Assembly: GCA_041306075.1 (NCBI GenBank)
Contig: JBFYKH010000008.1
Span: 11,482 to 75,481, forward strand
Source of the DNA: Candidatus Altiarchaeota archaeon
GTDB taxonomy: Archaea; Altiarchaeota; Altiarchaeia; IMC4; SCGC-AAA252-I15
DNA length: 64,000 bases
Direction of reading: 5' to 3'
Made by a program: the position numbers and the translations under genes
Notes under the pieces: model-generated
Databases searched by the model: none
What the model was told of the DNA's origin: nothing
What the model saw: the letters and a program-made list of their open reading frames with translations, nothing else
Shown here: positions 27,730 to 37,497 of the stretch, one piece after another
Layout: each line of letters begins with the position of its first letter
Numbering within the stretch: the first letter of the stretch is position 1

Positions 27730-28518
27730 CTAGCTGTTCGTCGAAGAGTTAAGATGGTCCAGCTCCCGGGCAATCTGCCTGAGCTCGCCGGTCACATCGG
27801 CTGGCAGGTCGTGCATTATGAGGTTCCCTATCCTTCCCCGAATGGAACTGAATAGAGCCCTGTTGGCCGGCTGGGCGAGCGCCGCCCTCACCGCCCTCAC
27901 GTCTATGAGCGGCTCCTGGTGGGCCGCATGGGCCGGCTCTGCGGATATTATGCCGGGTATCTGAGCCCCGAGCGGCTGAAGCGGTTCCGCCGCCGCGGGC
28001 TCTTGGGACGGGACCGACTGGACGGTCTGCACCTCGCTCTGGAGGGGCGTCATCCCGGACTGCTTGCTCGCAAGCTCCATCTGGGCGACCCGCTTAAGCT
28101 GCCTCTCGAGCGCGTCCCGCTTGTCCGAGGATAATGACGCGCTGTTGGACATCCCCCTGACCCAGGACGACGAGCCCGCCTTCTGCCTGTTGGCGGACGG
28201 GTCCCCCCCGCTCTGGGCGTCCTTCAGCATCCTGTCGAAGAAGCTTGAGTACGACTTCCCCCCGGACCGGCCGCCGGAGGATGACGAACTGAATATGCCC
28301 ATTGTGCTCTGCGCGGGCCTCCTTGCAGAGGGCTGGGGGGCGTTTGGCTGGGCTTCGACGTTGCGGTTGCGCACGACCATAGTATCAGACTGGAAGCGGG
28401 TTCCGCGGGTCTCGTTGTACAGCCGCCTCGACTTTATGGCGTCCTGTATGTGCTGCGGCTCCCGCTTCTCCAGGGAGGCGTATTTCGACCGGATGCTGCT
28501 TAGCCCGTTTTCCTTCAT
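27730..28518 (-). CDS. Hypothetical low-complexity (Ser/Gly/Gln/Ala-rich) protein
   Basis: ORF only; compositionally biased. Uncertain. Confidence 0.3.
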   Translation of the reverse strand: MKENGLSSIRSKYASLEKREPQHIQDAIKSRRLYNETRGTRFQSDTMVVRNRNVEAQPNAPQPSARRPAQSTMGIFSSSSSGGRSGGKSYSSFFDRMLKDAQSGGDPSANRQKAGSSSWVRGMSNSASLSSDKRDALERQLKRVAQMELASKQSGMTPLQSEVQTVQSVPSQEPAAAEPLQPLGAQIPGIISAEPAHAAHQEPLIDVRAVRAALAQPANRALFSSIRGRIGNLIMHDLPADVTGELRQIARELDHLNSSTNS

Positions 28519-28607
28519 CTGGCTTGACCTCAGCCCAATAAGCCGCCCACCCGGATGGATTAATTATGCCGTTCTGCATTTAAAAGACAAAGACAAAATA
28601 ACAGTTT

Positions 28608-28760
28608 ATGGGCGACATGGACGGCGAAGTTTACAACGCCATAAGGGAGATACAGAACGAGGTGTACTACATCCACGAGATTCTGAAGGACATTAACAAG
28701 ACCAACAAGTCCCTCTTGGACGAGATAAAGGGCCTCAGGAACGAGCTGAAGACCAGGTGA
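28608..28760 (+). CDS. Small (50 aa) coiled-coil protein MGDMDGEVYNAIREIQNEVYYIHEILKDINKTNKSLLDEIKGLRNELKTR, not in ORF track
   Basis: The TATA-like tttaaaag at 28579-28586 lies ~22 nt upstream of the ATG. Clean heptad-like composition. Confidence 0.3.
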   Translation: MGDMDGEVYNAIREIQNEVYYIHEILKDINKTNKSLLDEIKGLRNELKTR

Positions 28761-28761
28761 G

Positions 28762-29229
28762 CTAGCCGGCCGCCACGACCTCGAGGTCTACTTCATACTC
28801 GTCCTTGCCTAGCGCCTTGTCGGCTATGAGGCCGTATGTGAAGTTGTCCCAGAGGTGGCTCGCGTCCAACGTGGGACGGCTGGCCGCGTGCTCGGAGACG
28901 GTGACGCCGCTCGCCCCGGTCTCGTCCAGCTTCCAGCTTATCCGCCCGGAATTCCGCTTGAGGAACTTCAGGAGCTCCTCCCCCACCAGGTCGTCCGCCT
29001 CGTGGATGCTCCCGGGCGGATACGCGACGACCGCGTAGCATTCCTGGACCGCGTAGCCTTGCAGGTCCGCTATGAGCGCGTCGGACGCGGCAGTGTACTC
29101 CTTCGCCTTCAGGGCGTGTTTCCTGGCATCCTCCTTCCACTTCTTGAGTTCGGCCGCCGTCTTCACGTCGTCCAGGTCCGTGACCGGGTCCTTCCTCGTC
29201 GTCACGTAAAGCCGTATCGTCTGTTTCAT
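28762..29229 (-). CDS. Hypothetical protein (155 aa), last gene of the proA-proC operon
   Basis: Start MKQTIRLYVTTRKD at 29229; its ATG overlaps the TGA of the upstream small gene (ATGA). Confidence 0.5.
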   Translation of the reverse strand: MKQTIRLYVTTRKDPVTDLDDVKTAAELKKWKEDARKHALKAKEYTAASDALIADLQGYAVQECYAVVAYPPGSIHEADDLVGEELLKFLKRNSGRISWKLDETGASGVTVSEHAASRPTLDASHLWDNFTYGLIADKALGKDEYEVDLEVVAAG

Positions 29230-29393
29230 TTCCTCCCTCCGTGCTTTTTCACCAGTTTCTTCACCTGTTTCTCGGTGGGGGCGACCGGCCCAATGTATTC
29301 GAGGCACTCCTGCCTGACGGCGGCGCCGTCCCTCACGCTCCTGACCAGGTAGTAGTACTGCCTGCCCTTGATGGTCTTCTTCCGCACGAACAT
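29226..29393 (-). CDS. Small basic protein (55 aa) MFVRKKTIKGRQYYYLVRSVRDGAAVRQECLEYIGPVAPTEKQVKKLVKKHGGRK; conserved archaeal K-x-x-K-G-x-x-YYYL N-terminal module; not in ORF track
   Basis: Reverse-strand translation. The start lies 3 nt after the proC stop and the stop overlaps the next start. The KGRQYYYLV motif recalls a recurrent archaeal small DNA-binding-like module. Confidence 0.5.
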   Translation of the reverse strand: MFVRKKTIKGRQYYYLVRSVRDGAAVRQECLEYIGPVAPTEKQVKKLVKKHGGRK

Positions 29394-29395
29394 CT

Positions 29396-30181
29396 CTAAC
29401 CGCCTAGCTGCCTCGACCTCCTCGCCGCCGCCTGCACGGCCTCCGCCACGGACTCATGCACCTTCCGCTCGTCCAGGGTCTTCAGGCCCTCCGCCGTCGT
29501 GCCGCCAGGGCTCCTCACGTCGTCTATGAGCTCCGGGAGCGGCCGGCTGGATGCGGACGCCATCCCGGCCGCGCCGCGCACGGTCTGTATCGCCAGGTTG
29601 CGTGCTATCTCGTCCGGCAGCCCCTCCCTGACGCCGCCTTCTATCAGCGCCTGGATGAAGTAGTACGCGTACGCGGGGCCTGAGCCGGAAAGCCCCGTGA
29701 CCGCGTCCAAGAGCTCCTCCGCCACGGGATACGCGACGCCCACCGAGTTCAGGAGGCTGCCGACAAGGACCGCGTCCTCCTCGAGCGCGCGCCGGCCCAT
29801 CGAGTACGCCGCAGCCATCTCACCGACCATGGCAGGGGTGTTGGGCATCACACGCACGACCCTCGCCTCCCTCAGCTTCGCCTCAATCCGCCGTATCGGT
29901 ATGCCGGCCGCTATGGAGACTATCAGCCTGCTCCCGGCTATGTCGCGTATCTCGTCGAGGACGTCGTCCATGTCCTTCGGCTTCACGCAGATGAATATTA
30001 TCTCGGACTTCTCCACGACCTCGAACGCGGAGTATTCGGCGCGCAGGTTCATGCGCCGCACGACATGCGGGTCGCGGTCGTATATCCTCACGCTCTCGGG
30101 CTTTATGAGGCCCTTTTCGATGAACCCTGTCAGGAGAGCAGAACCCATGCGGCCGACGCCGATGAAACCGACCCTAGCCAT
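29396..30181 (-). CDS. proC: Pyrroline-5-carboxylate reductase
   Basis: Rossmann N-terminus MARVGFIGVGRMGSALLTGF, P5CR C-terminal dimerisation region GPAYAYYFIQALIEGG...SPGGTTAEGL. Confidence 0.9.
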   Translation of the reverse strand: MARVGFIGVGRMGSALLTGFIEKGLIKPESVRIYDRDPHVVRRMNLRAEYSAFEVVEKSEIIFICVKPKDMDDVLDEIRDIAGSRLIVSIAAGIPIRRIEAKLREARVVRVMPNTPAMVGEMAAAYSMGRRALEEDAVLVGSLLNSVGVAYPVAEELLDAVTGLSGSGPAYAYYFIQALIEGGVREGLPDEIARNLAIQTVRGAAGMASASSRPLPELIDDVRSPGGTTAEGLKTLDERKVHESVAEAVQAAARRSRQLGG

Positions 30182-30213
30182 CTGGATAATGAATTAGCGC
30201 AGGGCCTAAAAAG

Positions 30214-31503
30214 TCAATGCCACTTCCGGTTCAGCCTCTTGTGGAGGTATTTTTTCCGGTCGTAGTCGGAGACGGCATGGCCGCGGCCCTTGAGTATCCA
30301 CTTCCAGGTGACGAGGCCTTCGAGGCCGACTGGTCCGCGGGCGTGTATCTTCCCGGTGCTTATCCCGACTTCCGCGCCGAGGCCGTACCGGAATCCGTCG
30401 CTGAAGCGGGTGGACGCGTTCCACATCACCGAGGAGCTGTCGACGGTTTCGATGAAGTATCTCGCGGCCTCCTCGTTTTCCGTGACTATGGCGTCGGTGT
30501 GGCCCGAGCCGTACCGGTTTATCCGCTCGACCGCCTCCTTGACGCCGTCCACGATTTTCACGTTCATGGCGAGGTCGCAGTACTCGGCCCCCCAGTCCGC
30601 CTCCGAAGCCGGCGCGAGCCCGGGCAAGAGCTTGCACGCCTCCTCGTCGCCCTTGCCTTTCACGCCCGCCTGGGCGTATCTCTCCCAGAGGGAGGGGAGG
30701 ACCTTCTTCGCCGCCTTCCTGTCGACGAGGAGGGTCTCCATCGCGTTGCAGACCGCAGGGCACTGGCATTTGGAGTCGTACGCTATCCGCGCGGCCTTCT
30801 CCGGGTCCGCGTCGCGGTCGATGTAGACGTGGCAGACTCCGGCTGCGTGGCCGAGCACTGGTATGCGGGTGTTCGCCTGTATGTTCTTCACGAGCTCGTT
30901 CGAGCCGCGAGGTATGATGAGGCTTATCTTGTCCTCGAGCCTCAGGAGCTGTGCTACGTCCTCCCTCGTCTCGGCCAGCTGAATCCAACCGTCGGGTATC
31001 CCCTCCTCCTCCGTGGCAGTCTTGATTAGGGCGTATATCGTCCGGTTAGTGTTCTTAGCCTCGCTTCCGCCCTTCAGTATCACCGAGTTGCCGCTTTTCA
31101 GGCATAGGCTGCCCACCTGGACTATGACGTCCGGCCTGGACTCGAATATCACGGCCACTACGCCCAGGGGGACGGTCACCTTGTAGAGTTCCAGGTCCCG
31201 GTCAAGCTCCATCGAGTACACGGTCTCCCCGACCGGATCGGGGAGGCGCACAAGGCCCTTAACCGCCTTCACCATCTGGGCTATCTTGTCCTCGGTTAGC
31301 TCAAGGCGCTTGTAGAGCGGGGAGCCGGCCTTCTCCCCCGCCTCCTTGAGGTCGGCGGAATTGGCTTCGAGTATGTCCTCAACCCGCTCCTCAAGGACTT
31401 CCGCGACCCTGTCCAGGGCCCTGTTTTTCAGGTCTGTGGAGGCCTTCCCAAGCTCTATGGACGCGGTTTTGGCGCGGGATGCCTTTTCGGCGACTGTTGA
31501 CAT
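30214..31503 (-). CDS. proA: Gamma-glutamyl phosphate reductase (glutamate-5-semialdehyde dehydrogenase)
   Basis: Aldehyde dehydrogenase fold with the ProA pattern (…AVIFESRPDVIVQVGSLCLKSGNSVILKGGSEA…NASTRFSDGFRYGLGAEVGIST). Confidence 0.9.
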   Translation of the reverse strand: MSTVAEKASRAKTASIELGKASTDLKNRALDRVAEVLEERVEDILEANSADLKEAGEKAGSPLYKRLELTEDKIAQMVKAVKGLVRLPDPVGETVYSMELDRDLELYKVTVPLGVVAVIFESRPDVIVQVGSLCLKSGNSVILKGGSEAKNTNRTIYALIKTATEEEGIPDGWIQLAETREDVAQLLRLEDKISLIIPRGSNELVKNIQANTRIPVLGHAAGVCHVYIDRDADPEKAARIAYDSKCQCPAVCNAMETLLVDRKAAKKVLPSLWERYAQAGVKGKGDEEACKLLPGLAPASEADWGAEYCDLAMNVKIVDGVKEAVERINRYGSGHTDAIVTENEEAARYFIETVDSSSVMWNASTRFSDGFRYGLGAEVGISTGKIHARGPVGLEGLVTWKWILKGRGHAVSDYDRKKYLHKRLNRKWH

Positions 31504-31873
31504 GAGGGTAGCATATTCGCCGAGAGACTTAAAAGCGGTTTAGGGGGAGCCTCGCTGGAGGCCCCCCTGGGCGGCGAGCGTGGGTTCTCCGCCGCCCCGC
31601 TTACGGTGGTATATACGGTGGCATTAGACGTATTTTCTCCTGAGTACAAGACGGCTTGCGTCGTACGGGGTGGTGCCGTATCCTGCGTCGCCTGCCGCAG
31701 CCTTCAGGAGAAGGTACAGGAGGTAGGCGGCCATGTAGGCGGTCGCCATGTACACAAGGCTTGCCGTCGCGGTTGATGAGTTCATCCGTATCACCCCTTT
31801 ACATCATACGTATAGGGTGTCCCTTGGTATAGCTTTCGGGGGAAGTTAGTGTAAGGATAGTGCCAATACGGTG

Positions 31874-32668
31874 TCAGACCCTGTTCACCCGCATTATAGA
31901 CTCGACCTGGTCCCGGCTCAGGAGGTAGGCTGCGTCGTAGAACGCCTCCATGTAGGAGCCGGGCCCCCGCGCGTTCTCCGCGGCCAGCTCCCCGGCTATG
32001 TCGAAGCACGCCATTGCCGCTGCTGCGGCCAACTGGCGCTCGGGCTCGACCGCCGCGAAGCATGCTATGACCGAGGAGGCCATGCAGCCGGTGCCGACGA
32101 TGGAGCCCATCATCCGGTGGCCGTTGTCCACGAGGTAGGTTTCCCCGCCTCCGGAGACTACGTCCGTCTTGCCGGTCATAACGACCGTGTTGCGGTAGTC
32201 CGCCGACAGCTTCCTTGCCACCGCGGCCGGGTCCGCGTCGAGGCCTTCAGACTCGACCCCACGGACGGTGGATTTGACGCCCGCTATGGCGCCCATCTCC
32301 CCGTAGTTGCCTTTCAGGATGTCTATGTGCGTCCCGTTGAGTATGCTGATTGCGCTGTCGGTCCTCAGGCTGGTGGCCCCCGCCCCGACGGCGTCCAGCA
32401 CCACAGGTATCCTCCGGCGGTTGGCTGCCCTTGCAGTGGCCATCATCGTGTCGACGAGCTCGGGCGTGAGAGTGCCTATGTTCAGGACGAGGGCGCCGGC
32501 GAGCGTGACCATCTGCTCGACCTCCTCCCTGGCGTGTGCCATCACCGGGAGGCCTCCGAACGTCCGGGTCATGTTCGCGCAGTCGTATATCGTCACCCAG
32601 TTGGTGATGTGGTGTATCAGCGGCCGCTTCTCCTTGACGCGCTCTAGTATGCCGTATGCGTCGAACAT
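31874..32668 (-). CDS. thiM: Hydroxyethylthiazole kinase
   Basis: PLIHHITNWVT, ...GALVLNIGTL..., GTGCMASSVIACFAA typical of ThiM. Confidence 0.85.
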   Translation of the reverse strand: MFDAYGILERVKEKRPLIHHITNWVTIYDCANMTRTFGGLPVMAHAREEVEQMVTLAGALVLNIGTLTPELVDTMMATARAANRRRIPVVLDAVGAGATSLRTDSAISILNGTHIDILKGNYGEMGAIAGVKSTVRGVESEGLDADPAAVARKLSADYRNTVVMTGKTDVVSGGGETYLVDNGHRMMGSIVGTGCMASSVIACFAAVEPERQLAAAAAMACFDIAGELAAENARGPGSYMEAFYDAAYLLSRDQVESIMRVNRV

Positions 32669-32717
32669 ATGATGACCCTAAGGTGATATAATCTCATCGG
32701 CGCATAAAAAGCCGTCA

Positions 32718-35339
32718 TTACGTCCTTTGCACGGCCTTGAGTGCCTTCCGCAGCGCGGATGAGAGGGCGGCGAACGCAATCATCCCGGCTACGACGAGCG
32801 CCCAGTCCGGGGCGGCGAGGGGAACCACCTTGAAGTACGTCGACAGCGGGGTGTAGAGTATGACGACGTGCATGAGGAGGGAGCTTCCGAGGGCCGCGAG
32901 CAGCCACTTGTTGGACAGCATGCCCAGGTTCTCGGCGCTCCTTATGCCCTGGACGCGCACGAGCTTGAAGAATACTATGGACGTGAGGGCGATGGTCTGG
33001 GCCTTCTGGAAGTTGCTGATGGGGTCTGCGAGCCAGAAGAGGCTCAGAACAATAGCGGTCATCGTGAAGCCGTTGAACAGTATCGAGTACGTCACCTGCC
33101 GGTTTATGACACCCTCCCCCCGCCCCCTGGGCTTCCTGCGCATTATGTCCGGCGAGGGGGGGTCGACGCCCAAAGCCAGGGCGGGGAGGCCGTCTGTTAT
33201 GACGTTAATCCACAGGAGCTGGACGGCGGTGAGTATCACCATCGGCTGGCCGAACGCGTACGGTAGGGCGGCTATGAAGACTATGGCGACCTCCGCCAGG
33301 TTGCAGGGGAACAGGTATCTCACGAACTTCCTCACGTTGTCGAATATCCTGCGGCCCTCCAGTATCGCGTCCCTGATGGTGGCGAAGTTGTCGTCGAGGA
33401 GTATTATGTCGGACGTCTGCTTCGCCACCTCCGTGCCCCTGACGCCCATCGACACGCCCACGTCGGCGGCCTTCAGGGCGGGGGCGTCGTTGACCCCGTC
33501 ACCAGTCATGGCGACGATGTGGCCTTGGGCCCTGAGGGCCATGAGGACGGAGAGCTTGTTCTCGGGGGACACGCGGGCGAAGATGGATGTGGTTTTGACT
33601 GCGTTCTGCAGCTCCACCTCGCTCATCCCGTCTATGTCCCGGCCCTCGAGGGCCTCCGTGGGCAATCCTATCTCGCGGGCGACTGCGACCGCCGTCGGCT
33701 TGCTGTCGCCGGTTATCATGATGACCCTTATGCCCGCGGCCTTGCAGTCCGCCAGCGCCCCCGGCACCTCCGTCCTCGGGGGGTCCATCATGGCCTCCAG
33801 GCCTATGAAGGCCAGCCCCGTCTCGTCCTTGTCGCGGCCGTCCTTCCTCGCGAACGCTATGACCCTGAGGGCTTCCGACGCGAACGCTGAATTGGCTTCG
33901 AGTATCCTCCGCCGGTCGTCCGCTGTCATTGGGCGCTCGGAGCCGCCTTCCAGTATCCGGTCGCAGCGGGCGAGCACCGTCTCCGGGGCGCCCTTCGTGT
34001 AGGAGACGTAGCCGGAGGGGGTCTCGTGGACGGTCGTCATCATCTTCCGCAACGAGGAGAACGCGAGCTCGTCCACGCGCCTGTGTTCCGCGGCGACTTT
34101 GCCTTTCATGGCCGCCACACGCAGCGCTATCTCCGTCGGGTCCCCGCTGAAAGCCCCCTGGGCGTCGCGGGAGTTGTTGTTGAGTATCCCTGCGAGGAGC
34201 AGCCCCTTCAGCTCCCGGGCGTCGACGGCCGCGCCGTCCCTTGAGAATTCGCCTAGGGTGTCGTGCCCGGTCCCGGACACCTCGTAGACGCGGCCGTCGA
34301 AGTATAGCTTCCGGACCGTCATCCTGTTCTCGGTGAGCGTCCCGGTCTTGTCCGTGCATATTATGTCTACCGAGCCCAGTCCCTCCGCCACCGGCAGGTT
34401 CCTGAGGAGGGCTTTCTTGCGGAACATCCTCTTGGAGCCCAGGGCGAGTGAGAGCGTTATGACCGCCGGCAGCCCCTCGGGTATGGCCGCGACGCCGAGC
34501 GCTATCGCTATAAGGAGGACCCGGATGGGGGGGGTGTCAGTGGTGAGGAATATGACGGCGCCCACGAAGATGCTGATGGCGACGATGGCCAGCCCGACCT
34601 TCCTGCCGAGCGAGTCCATCTGCCGCTGGAACGGCGTCTTCTCGTCCCCTATCGCCTGGAGGTTGCGGGCGATGCCCCCGAGCTGCGTCCGCATGCCGGT
34701 GGCGGTCACGACCACCCGCCCCCTGCCGCCGACCACGGTCGTCCCCTTGTAGACCATCGACGAGCGCTCTGGAAGGGACGCCTTGGCATCGACCGGAGAC
34801 GGATTCTTCTCCACCGGAACGCTCTCGCCGGTCAGCGACGACTCGTCCGCCATGAGGTTCACGGCCTCCACCACCCTCGCGTCTGCGGACACGCTGTCGC
34901 CCTCCTCGAGGACAAGTATGTCCCCGGGGACAACTTCCTCGCTGTCCACCTCCACTTCGGCCCCGTCGCGGATGACGATGGACTTCGGCCTAGAGAGCTT
35001 CCTCAATTCCTCGATGTTGCGCTCGGCCTTGTAGTCCTGTATGAAGCCGAACAGCCCGTTCAGGACTACTATAGCCAGTATGAGGCCGCCGTCTACGACC
35101 TCCCTGAGGCTGATGGCGACCAGGGAGGAGAGTATGAGGACTAGCACCAGCGGGTCCCGGAACTGGCCTATGAGGATTGAGAACGGGCTTCTGCCGGGCT
35201 TCTCCTCAAGCCGGTTCCGGCCGGAGACGGCCAGCCGCTCGCCGGCCTCGGCGGCCGAGAGGCCCCGGACGGAGGTGGAAAGCTTCGACAGTGATTCCGC
35301 CGTTTCGATGCTGTGCCAGCTGACATCGCCGTCCGCCAT
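32718..35339 (-). CDS. P-type ATPase, P2-type Ca2+/cation-transporting
   Basis: TGES actuator motif (SLTGESVPV), phosphorylation site ICTDKTGTLTEN, KGAPE, hinge MTGDGVNDAPALKAADVGVSMG, 10-TM topology. Confidence 0.9.
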   Translation of the reverse strand: MADGDVSWHSIETAESLSKLSTSVRGLSAAEAGERLAVSGRNRLEEKPGRSPFSILIGQFRDPLVLVLILSSLVAISLREVVDGGLILAIVVLNGLFGFIQDYKAERNIEELRKLSRPKSIVIRDGAEVEVDSEEVVPGDILVLEEGDSVSADARVVEAVNLMADESSLTGESVPVEKNPSPVDAKASLPERSSMVYKGTTVVGGRGRVVVTATGMRTQLGGIARNLQAIGDEKTPFQRQMDSLGRKVGLAIVAISIFVGAVIFLTTDTPPIRVLLIAIALGVAAIPEGLPAVITLSLALGSKRMFRKKALLRNLPVAEGLGSVDIICTDKTGTLTENRMTVRKLYFDGRVYEVSGTGHDTLGEFSRDGAAVDARELKGLLLAGILNNNSRDAQGAFSGDPTEIALRVAAMKGKVAAEHRRVDELAFSSLRKMMTTVHETPSGYVSYTKGAPETVLARCDRILEGGSERPMTADDRRRILEANSAFASEALRVIAFARKDGRDKDETGLAFIGLEAMMDPPRTEVPGALADCKAAGIRVIMITGDSKPTAVAVAREIGLPTEALEGRDIDGMSEVELQNAVKTTSIFARVSPENKLSVLMALRAQGHIVAMTGDGVNDAPALKAADVGVSMGVRGTEVAKQTSDIILLDDNFATIRDAILEGRRIFDNVRKFVRYLFPCNLAEVAIVFIAALPYAFGQPMVILTAVQLLWINVITDGLPALALGVDPPSPDIMRRKPRGRGEGVINRQVTYSILFNGFTMTAIVLSLFWLADPISNFQKAQTIALTSIVFFKLVRVQGIRSAENLGMLSNKWLLAALGSSLLMHVVILYTPLSTYFKVVPLAAPDWALVVAGMIAFAALSSALRKALKAVQRT

Positions 35340-35408
35340 AGGCCAGTAATACGTTTTGTGGGAATAATAAGTTCAAGAAACGGCTGAGGGGGGATTGCCT
35401 GCGTTCCG

Positions 35409-36350
35409 TCAGCCCCAGTAGGGGCTCTTCACGTACTTGAACGCGTTCAGGCCTGCCAGCCCGCCTTCGCCGATTGCCTCGGGTATCCTCGCCCATTTCC
35501 CGACTATGTCGCCGGCCGCGAATACGCCGGGCATGTTCGTGCGCATGTCGGAGTTGACTATTATTCGCCCCTGCTCGTCCGTCTTCACGCCTATCTTCTG
35601 CAGAAGCTCGGTGTTCGCCACCGTGCCCAGAGAGAAAAGCACCGCGTCGGCATCCCAGACGGATTCGGTGTTGTCCTTGCCGTTGAAGAGCCTGACTTTC
35701 TCCACCCTGCCTCCCCCCTCGATGGCCTTCACTTCCGTGTTCCACAGGACGTTCACGCACTCGTCCCTCACGCACTGCGAGTTCTTCTCAGTCGCCCGGA
35801 AGGCATCCTTCCGGTGGACTATAGAGACCTCCGCCTTATTCCGCTTGAGCTCGACCGCGCACTCCACAGCAGTGTCTCCGCCGCCGACGACGAACACCTT
35901 CTTGCCCGCGTAGGGCTTCGGGTCAGGGAGCGAGTAGGTCACGTTCTCTAGCTCCTCCCCGGGCACGCCGAGCTTCCGAGGCATCCCGAGGCCGCACGCT
36001 ATCACGACTGCCTTCGCCGGGTATTTCCCGCGGTCGGTCGTGACGACCAGGTGCTCCTTGGAGTCGTCGGGCTTCGCCTCCCGCCTCACGTCGGTGACAG
36101 TCTCGTTCTCGCGTATGGCCGCCCGCTCTGCCTTGGCGTGCGACACCATGAGCGCCGCGACTTCGGCGCCCGTCCTCCCGTGTATCCCGAGGTAGTTGTC
36201 GACATTCTTCCAGGGGTACTGGTTCACGAGCGCCCCGCCCGCGGACGCGGAGTCGAGGACTAGCACGCCGACCTTGTAGTAGGAGGACGTTATGGCCGCC
36301 GACAGGCCTGCCGGGCCGGCTCCGATGACTATTACGTCGTATTCTTTCAT
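35409..36350 (-). CDS. Thioredoxin reductase-like FAD/NAD(P)-dependent oxidoreductase
   Basis: FAD GxGxxG YDVIVIGAGPAGLSAA, NAD(P) site KVFVVGGGDTAVECA, C-terminal GVFAAGDIV. Start at MKEYDV (36350); track ORF over-extended. Confidence 0.8.
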   Translation of the reverse strand: MKEYDVIVIGAGPAGLSAAITSSYYKVGVLVLDSASAGGALVNQYPWKNVDNYLGIHGRTGAEVAALMVSHAKAERAAIRENETVTDVRREAKPDDSKEHLVVTTDRGKYPAKAVVIACGLGMPRKLGVPGEELENVTYSLPDPKPYAGKKVFVVGGGDTAVECAVELKRNKAEVSIVHRKDAFRATEKNSQCVRDECVNVLWNTEVKAIEGGGRVEKVRLFNGKDNTESVWDADAVLFSLGTVANTELLQKIGVKTDEQGRIIVNSDMRTNMPGVFAAGDIVGKWARIPEAIGEGGLAGLNAFKYVKSPYWG

Positions 36351-36469
36351 CTTGCAGCCTTTGTCTGGTGGAATATCGATTCCCAGCTTAAATCCTTTCT
36401 TGGGAGTTTCATTTTTCAACGGCTGATTCCGCCGGATGTTTTTATCCGCCCGCTCACAATAAAAAATCG

Positions 36470-36952
36470 ATGAGAGAGACCAACGCATTCGACGTCCTCA
36501 GGCAGGCGATGCGCATAGAGAAGGAGGGCATACGGTTCTACACCCGGGCCGCGAACGCCGCGAAGGGGAAGGCCGTGTCGGACCTGTTCAGGAGGCTCGC
36601 CCGCGACGAGCTCCTGCACCTTGAGAAGCTCGAGCTCGTGCACGACAACCTCGCGGAGCACAACGAGTGGCTGGTGGAGAGGGACCTGATGGACTCGTCG
36701 CCGCGGAAGTCCGGCATGGACGGCCTGTTCGACGGCGACCCGTCAGACCTAGCGGACATGGACGAGCTCGGGGCGGTGGAGGCGGCAGTCAAGGCCGAGA
36801 AGGACTCGATAACTTTCTATGCCCGGGCCATGGAGGCGTGCGATGGCTCTGACGGGAGGGGGTGCAGCGTGTTCAAGTGGCTTCTCGCGTTCGAACACGG
36901 CCACCTGGCGGAGCTCAATGAGCTTAGGAGGAGCCTCGCCGGCTCAGATTAG
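36470..36952 (+). CDS. Rubrerythrin-like ferritin-fold diiron protein (no rubredoxin domain)
   Basis: Paired E...ExxH motifs (EKEGIRFY...DELLHLEKLE; EKDSITFY...EHGHLAELNE). Confidence 0.7.
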   Translation: MRETNAFDVLRQAMRIEKEGIRFYTRAANAAKGKAVSDLFRRLARDELLHLEKLELVHDNLAEHNEWLVERDLMDSSPRKSGMDGLFDGDPSDLADMDELGAVEAAVKAEKDSITFYARAMEACDGSDGRGCSVFKWLLAFEHGHLAELNELRRSLAGSD

Positions 36953-37192
36953 CCGGTGCACCAGGGGCAGCTTGTCGTGGCTTATCCGGTACAGTATCCT
37001 CTTGCCGTCCCGCCGCCACTGGACGAGGCCGTGGTACTCGAGCTTCTTCAGCTGCAGGGATATGGTAGACTGCGCCCTGTGGCAGTGCAGCGTTATCTCG
37101 TGGACCGGCTTCTCCCCACCCATCAGGAACTTGAGGATGTTGTAGCGGGTCTCGTCCGAGAACGCCTTGTATATCTGCAGCTTCTCGTGCAT
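36944..37192 (-). CDS. ArsR/SmtB-family HTH transcriptional regulator
   Basis: Start MHEKLQIYKAFSDETRYNILKFL; HTH ...VHEITLHCHRAQSTISLQLKKLEYHGLV. Convergent 9-nt overlap with the rubrerythrin-like gene. Confidence 0.75.
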   Translation of the reverse strand: MHEKLQIYKAFSDETRYNILKFLMGGEKPVHEITLHCHRAQSTISLQLKKLEYHGLVQWRRDGKRILYRISHDKLPLVHRLI

Positions 37193-37263
37193 CGGATAGG
37201 ATATCGGATTTACGGGAATAAATAGGTGCCCTGGCCGCCTTACGCGGCGCGCTGGCCTTGCCC

Positions 37264-37497
37264 CTACGCCCCCTTCTCGCACGCGAAGTATCCGTCTTCC
37301 ATCCGTGGCGCGTTCCCGGCCATCCTGGCCCTGAATCCCTCGTGCCGTATGGGCTGCCCGTCAGGCCGCCACACGTTGCTGAGGTCTATGGCGTAGTGGG
37401 TCTCCTTCGTGTCCGGCACGTCCTTAAGCTTCTCGCTGAACTCCTCGAGGAGCTTCACCCCCTCCGCCCGAATCTTTTCCGCGTCGACCATCAGCAT
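37264..37497 (-). CDS. gatC: Aspartyl/glutamyl-tRNA amidotransferase subunit C
   Basis: The C-terminal half ETHYAIDLSNVWRPDG...AGNAPRMEDGYFAC matches the GatC consensus (T-H-x-x-D-L-x-N-V-x-R-x-D ... NAP-x-x-E-D-G-x-F). Its ATG overlaps the stop of the upstream hypA-like gene (ATGCTGA). Confidence 0.65.
   Translation of the reverse strand: MLMVDAEKIRAEGVKLLEEFSEKLKDVPDTKETHYAIDLSNVWRPDGQPIRHEGFRARMAGNAPRMEDGYFACEKGA

Noticed and set aside
31624-31785. 53-aa minus-strand ORF MNSSTATASLVYMATAYMAAYLLYLLLKAAAGDAGYGTTPYDASRLVLRRKYV between proA and thiM
   Set aside because: A possible small membrane protein with an SD-like GGTGA upstream. There is no conservation evidence and it is too short to call; left unannotated.
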